NCBI GenBank assembly: GCA_963767005.1
Contig: CAVYCN010000016.1
Span: 1 to 62,601 of the forward strand
Reading direction: 5' to 3'
Length of the DNA stretch: 62,601 nt
From: an uncultured Actinomycetes bacterium
GTDB taxonomy: Bacteria > Actinomycetota > Thermoleophilia > UBA2241
Under the pieces are notes generated by a model, which did not search any database, was not told the DNA's origin, and was given only the letters and a program-made list of their open reading frames with translations. Below, in pieces: positions 59,278 through 62,601 of this stretch; the first letter of the stretch is position 1; each line of letters begins with the position of its first letter. The translations under genes were made by a program, and so were the position numbers.

Positions 59278-62200
59278 GTCCCACCGCGACCGACACCCAA
59301 GTCAAGCTCACCATCAACGGCACGCTGGTCACCGCCACCAAGGGCGAGACCGTCCTGCAGGCGGCCAAGCGGGCCGGTATCGAGATCCCGGCACTCTGCA
59401 ACGTCGACGGCATGGCTCCCTGGGGCGCCTGCCGGCTCTGCCTGATCGAGATCGAGGGCTGGTCCAAGCTGCAGGCGGCCTGCACCACCTGGGTCGACAA
59501 CGGCCTCGTGGTGCGCACCGAGACGCCACGCGTGCGGGCCAAGCGCGAGAGCTACCTCAAGATGTACCTGTCCGACCACGACTCGTACTGCGAGGCGCCC
59601 TGCAGCAACGCCTGCCCCACGCACATCGACATCCCGGCGTTCCTCGAGCGCATCGCCGACGGCGACTTCGCCGCCGCCTCGGCGCTCGTCGCCGACGACC
59701 TGCCCTTCGCCGGCGTGCTGGGCCGCGTCTGCCCGCGCTACTGCGAGCCCGAGTGCCGCCGCGGCCAGGTCGACGACCCGATCGCGATCTGCGCCCTGCA
59801 CCGCGCCGCCGGCGACAAGAGCCCGGCCAAGCTCATGGCCGGCCCGTCCACCGGCAAGCGCGTCGCCGTGATCGGCGGCGGCCCGGCCGGCCTGTCGGCC
59901 GCCTGGTATCTCACGCGCGCCGGCCACGCCGTGACCGTCTACGACCGCAACGACAAGCCGGGCGGCATGCTGCGCTACAGCGTGCCGCCGTTCCGGCTGC
60001 CCGAGGCCGTGCTCGACCGTGAGCTCGAGCCCCTGTGGGACGCCGGCGTGCGCTTCGTCGACGGCGTCGGCCTGGGCAGCGAGGTCACGCTCGAGGGCCT
60101 GCTGCAGGCCGGCATGGACGCCGTCTTTGTGGGCGTCGGCGCCTGGCGCGGCCGCAGCGCCCGCCTGGCGGGCGCCAAGGCCGCGCTCGACGGCCTCGAG
60201 TTCCTGCGTACCCTGCACGAGGGCCGCAAGCCGCGTCTGGGCAAGGCGGTCGTCGTGATCGGCGACGGCCAGACGGCCCTCGACGCGGCGCGCAGCGCCG
60301 TGCGTCTCGGCGCCGCGAGCGTCACCGTGGTGGCGCGCCACGCGGCCGACGCCCTGCCGGCCGGCACCCGCGACGTCGCGGCCGCCACCGACGAAGGCGT
60401 CGCGTTCGTCTACTCGGCCGAGGCCCGCAAGGTCGCGACCGACAAGGCCGGCAAGAGCACCGGCGTCGAGTGCGTCGCCGTGAGCGCCGGCGCCGACGGC
60501 AAGCTGCACCCCGAGCGGGGCTCGGCCTTCGTCGTGCCGGCCACGAGCGTGATCGTGGCCCACGACTACACCCCCGACGTGGGCGACTCCGACGAGGAGC
60601 TCGGCTTCACGCCCTGGGGCACCCTCGAAGCCGACCCGTTCACCGGCCGCACGCAGACCCCCGGCGTCTTCGCCGGCGGCGACGCCGTGTCGGCCGCCAA
60701 GTCGGCGATCCACGCGGTCGCGGCCGGCAAGCGCGCCGCCTTTGCGATCGACGCCTGGCTCAGGGGCGACGACCTCGACGAGCTCGAAGCCGACCTCGCC
60801 CTCTACGCCGGCCTGCCCTACCTCGAGCAGCTCCACGACGCCGGCAGGCTCTCAGAGGTCGGCCGCCGGCTCGTCGAACGCTCGCCCGTCTGGCTCAAGA
60901 TGGGCTCGGCCGCCGCGGCCACGCCGCGCGTCAAGATGCCGGCCGCGCCGGTCGCCAAGCGCACGGCCGGCTTCGACGAGGTCGAGAAGGGCTTCTCGGC
61001 CGCTCAGGCCAAGGCCGAGGCGGCCCGCTGCCTGCAGTGCGTCTGCCCGTCGAACGGTGACTGCGAGCTGCAGCGCCTGGGCGTCGAGTACGACGTGACC
61101 GACAACGACCTCGTCGTGAGCGGCGCCCTCGTGCGCCAGGTCGAGGCGGCTCACGAGCACCCCTTCATCTACCGCGACATGGACCGCTGCATCGCCTGCG
61201 GGCGCTGCGTACGGGTCTGCCGCGACGTCGCCGGGCCGGCCTGCTACGACTTCTCGGGCCGCGGCTTCGCGATCCGCGTCGACACGCCCTACGGCGAGCC
61301 CCTGCAGCTTGCCGACTGCATCACCTGCGGGCGCTGCGTGACCGTCTGCCCGACCGGCGCGCTCACCATGAACGAGCGCGAGCTGCGCTCGTTTCGCAAC
61401 GACGAGTCGCGCTGCATCATGTGCCACGAGTGCGTCGACGTCTGCCCGGCCGACGCCATCAAGGAGACCAACGTCTTCGAGCAGGCCCGCGACCGCTGGC
61501 ACGAGCTCGTGACCAAGGGCTCCGGCCTGGCCGGCGGCCATCGCATGTGCGCCGGCTGCGGCGCGCCGATCGTGGTGCGCCAGGTGCTCATGGGCACCGA
61601 GGACCCGGTCGTCGTGGCGGCCGCCACCGGCTGCCTCGAGGTCTCGACCACGATCTACCCCTACACCTCGTGGACCGGCAGCTACATCCACACCGCCTTC
61701 GAGAACGCCGCCGCCACCCTGTCCGGCGTCGAGACGGCCTTCCGCTCGCTCAAGAAGCAGGGCAAGCTCGAAGACAACGTCAAGTTCATCGCCTTCGGCG
61801 GCGACGGCGGCACCTACGACATCGGCCTGCAGTCGCTGTCGGGCGCCATGGAGCGTGGCCACAACATGCTCTACGTGTGCTACGACAACGGCGCCTACAT
61901 GAACACCGGCTTCCAGCGCTCCGGCGCCACGCCGGTGGGCGCCTGGACGACGACGAGCCCGGTCGGCAAGGCAGCCGAGGGCAAGATCCAGAACCGCAAG
62001 GACCTGACCGACATCATGATCGCCCACGGCCTGCGCTACGTGGCCCAGGCCTCGCCGCACGACCCGCGCGACCTCGTGCGCAAGGCGGCGCGCGCCCTGG
62101 CCACCGAAGGCCCGTCGTTCCTCAACGTCATCGCCCCCTGCCCGCGTGGCTGGCGGGCCGACGGCGCCGAGACGATCGAGCTCGCCCGCGAGGCGGTCAA

Positions 62201-62465
62201 CACCTGCTACTGGCCGCTGTTCGAGGTCGAAGACGGGCAGTACAAGCTCACCTACCGCCCGCGCGAGAAGCAGCCGATCATCCCCTGGCTCAAGAAGCAG
62301 GGCCGCTTCGCGCACCTCTTCAAGCCCGCGGGCGCGGAGCAGCTCGAGCGCCTGCAGGACTGGGTCGACTACGAGTGGGAGCGCCTCCTGCGCAAGTGCG
62401 GCGAGCCCGCCCAGACCGTCTGGGAGGCGGAGGCGCAGGGCACCTGCCTGCCGGCGGCCGAGTAA
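59274..62465 (+). CDS. Fusion: HydA/NuoG N-terminal [2Fe-2S], GltD/Nfn-like FAD module, ferredoxin domains and PorB (TPP-binding beta subunit)
   Basis: IPALC..GACRLC..ACT; CSNACP, GRVCPRYCE.EC, GGGPAG; RCLQC.C....CEL; CIACGRCVRVC; then GHRMCAGC, TGCLEV, AFENAAA, GGDGGTYDIG, YDNGAYMNTG, PCPRGW. One uninterrupted frame. Confidence 0.9.
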   Translation: MSPTATDTQVKLTINGTLVTATKGETVLQAAKRAGIEIPALCNVDGMAPWGACRLCLIEIEGWSKLQAACTTWVDNGLVVRTETPRVRAKRESYLKMYLSDHDSYCEAPCSNACPTHIDIPAFLERIADGDFAAASALVADDLPFAGVLGRVCPRYCEPECRRGQVDDPIAICALHRAAGDKSPAKLMAGPSTGKRVAVIGGGPAGLSAAWYLTRAGHAVTVYDRNDKPGGMLRYSVPPFRLPEAVLDRELEPLWDAGVRFVDGVGLGSEVTLEGLLQAGMDAVFVGVGAWRGRSARLAGAKAALDGLEFLRTLHEGRKPRLGKAVVVIGDGQTALDAARSAVRLGAASVTVVARHAADALPAGTRDVAAATDEGVAFVYSAEARKVATDKAGKSTGVECVAVSAGADGKLHPERGSAFVVPATSVIVAHDYTPDVGDSDEELGFTPWGTLEADPFTGRTQTPGVFAGGDAVSAAKSAIHAVAAGKRAAFAIDAWLRGDDLDELEADLALYAGLPYLEQLHDAGRLSEVGRRLVERSPVWLKMGSAAAATPRVKMPAAPVAKRTAGFDEVEKGFSAAQAKAEAARCLQCVCPSNGDCELQRLGVEYDVTDNDLVVSGALVRQVEAAHEHPFIYRDMDRCIACGRCVRVCRDVAGPACYDFSGRGFAIRVDTPYGEPLQLADCITCGRCVTVCPTGALTMNERELRSFRNDESRCIMCHECVDVCPADAIKETNVFEQARDRWHELVTKGSGLAGGHRMCAGCGAPIVVRQVLMGTEDPVVVAAATGCLEVSTTIYPYTSWTGSYIHTAFENAAATLSGVETAFRSLKKQGKLEDNVKFIAFGGDGGTYDIGLQSLSGAMERGHNMLYVCYDNGAYMNTGFQRSGATPVGAWTTTSPVGKAAEGKIQNRKDLTDIMIAHGLRYVAQASPHDPRDLVRKAARALATEGPSFLNVIAPCPRGWRADGAETIELAREAVNTCYWPLFEVEDGQYKLTYRPREKQPIIPWLKKQGRFAHLFKPAGAEQLERLQDWVDYEWERLLRKCGEPAQTVWEAEAQGTCLPAAE

Positions 62466-62487
62466 CGCGAGCGTAACTGCCCACGCG

Positions 62488-62526
62488 AGGGCGGCGGCGG
62501 CGCCGACGCGCCGCCGCCGCCCTTTT
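62488..62526 (+). terminator. Rho-independent terminator
   Basis: 16-bp GC stem plus TTTT closing the por/bfu operon. Confidence 0.75.
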
Positions 62527-62601
62527 CGTTACCGCAGAGTAGACGAGCGCCGGTGCACGGAGCTCCGCCCGCCGACGCTGCTACACTGAACGGCGGCTAC
62601 C

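Noticed and set aside
56535-62465. [FeFe]-hydrogenase, formate dehydrogenase or complex I
   Set aside because: No H-cluster motifs, molybdopterin domain or membrane nuo subunits. The catalytic domain is PorB.

Overview
High-GC (about 70%, by eye) bacterial DNA with an anaerobic gene set and a large Alu-type SRP RNA. A deep-branching actinobacterium such as Thermoleophilia is plausible but is inference only. (1) 1-5446: right end of an integrated phage or satellite-like element (VRR-NUC tail, terminase large subunit, small hypotheticals, no portal or capsid in view), ending in a duplicated 3' half of tRNA-Arg(ACG). It contains an HTH gene whose 3' end exists as two inverted alternative cassettes. 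(2) 5.6-13.8 kb: secreted repeat protein, orphan pilin, class II FBA, frameshifted YceI and a GT-C glycosyltransferase. (3) 13.9-34.6 kb: redox/sulfur island bracketed by two FmdB-type zinc-ribbon genes that both look like selenoproteins (UGA plus an identical SECIS-like hairpin). It includes CsoR-type operators and a tusA-mvhD-hdrA(GltD insert)-hdrA-hdrC-CCG-dsrE-dsrE operon with TauE, YeiH and LysR. (4) 35.7-50.3 kb: tadA, three tRNAs, a SpoIIE phosphatase, an ArsM + radical SAM + GNAT cluster, acs and a Pat-like acetyltransferase. (5) 50.4-62.5 kb: ffs-dnaX-ybaB-recR followed by porC-porD-porA and a HydABC/Bfu-type module whose A subunit is fused to both a GltD/Nfn-like flavoprotein and the PorB TPP subunit. 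The best candidates for an undescribed system are this Por-Nfn-Bfu complex, the invertible HTH/operator cassette, the Hdr-sulfur-relay operon and the ArsM-radical SAM-GNAT cluster.
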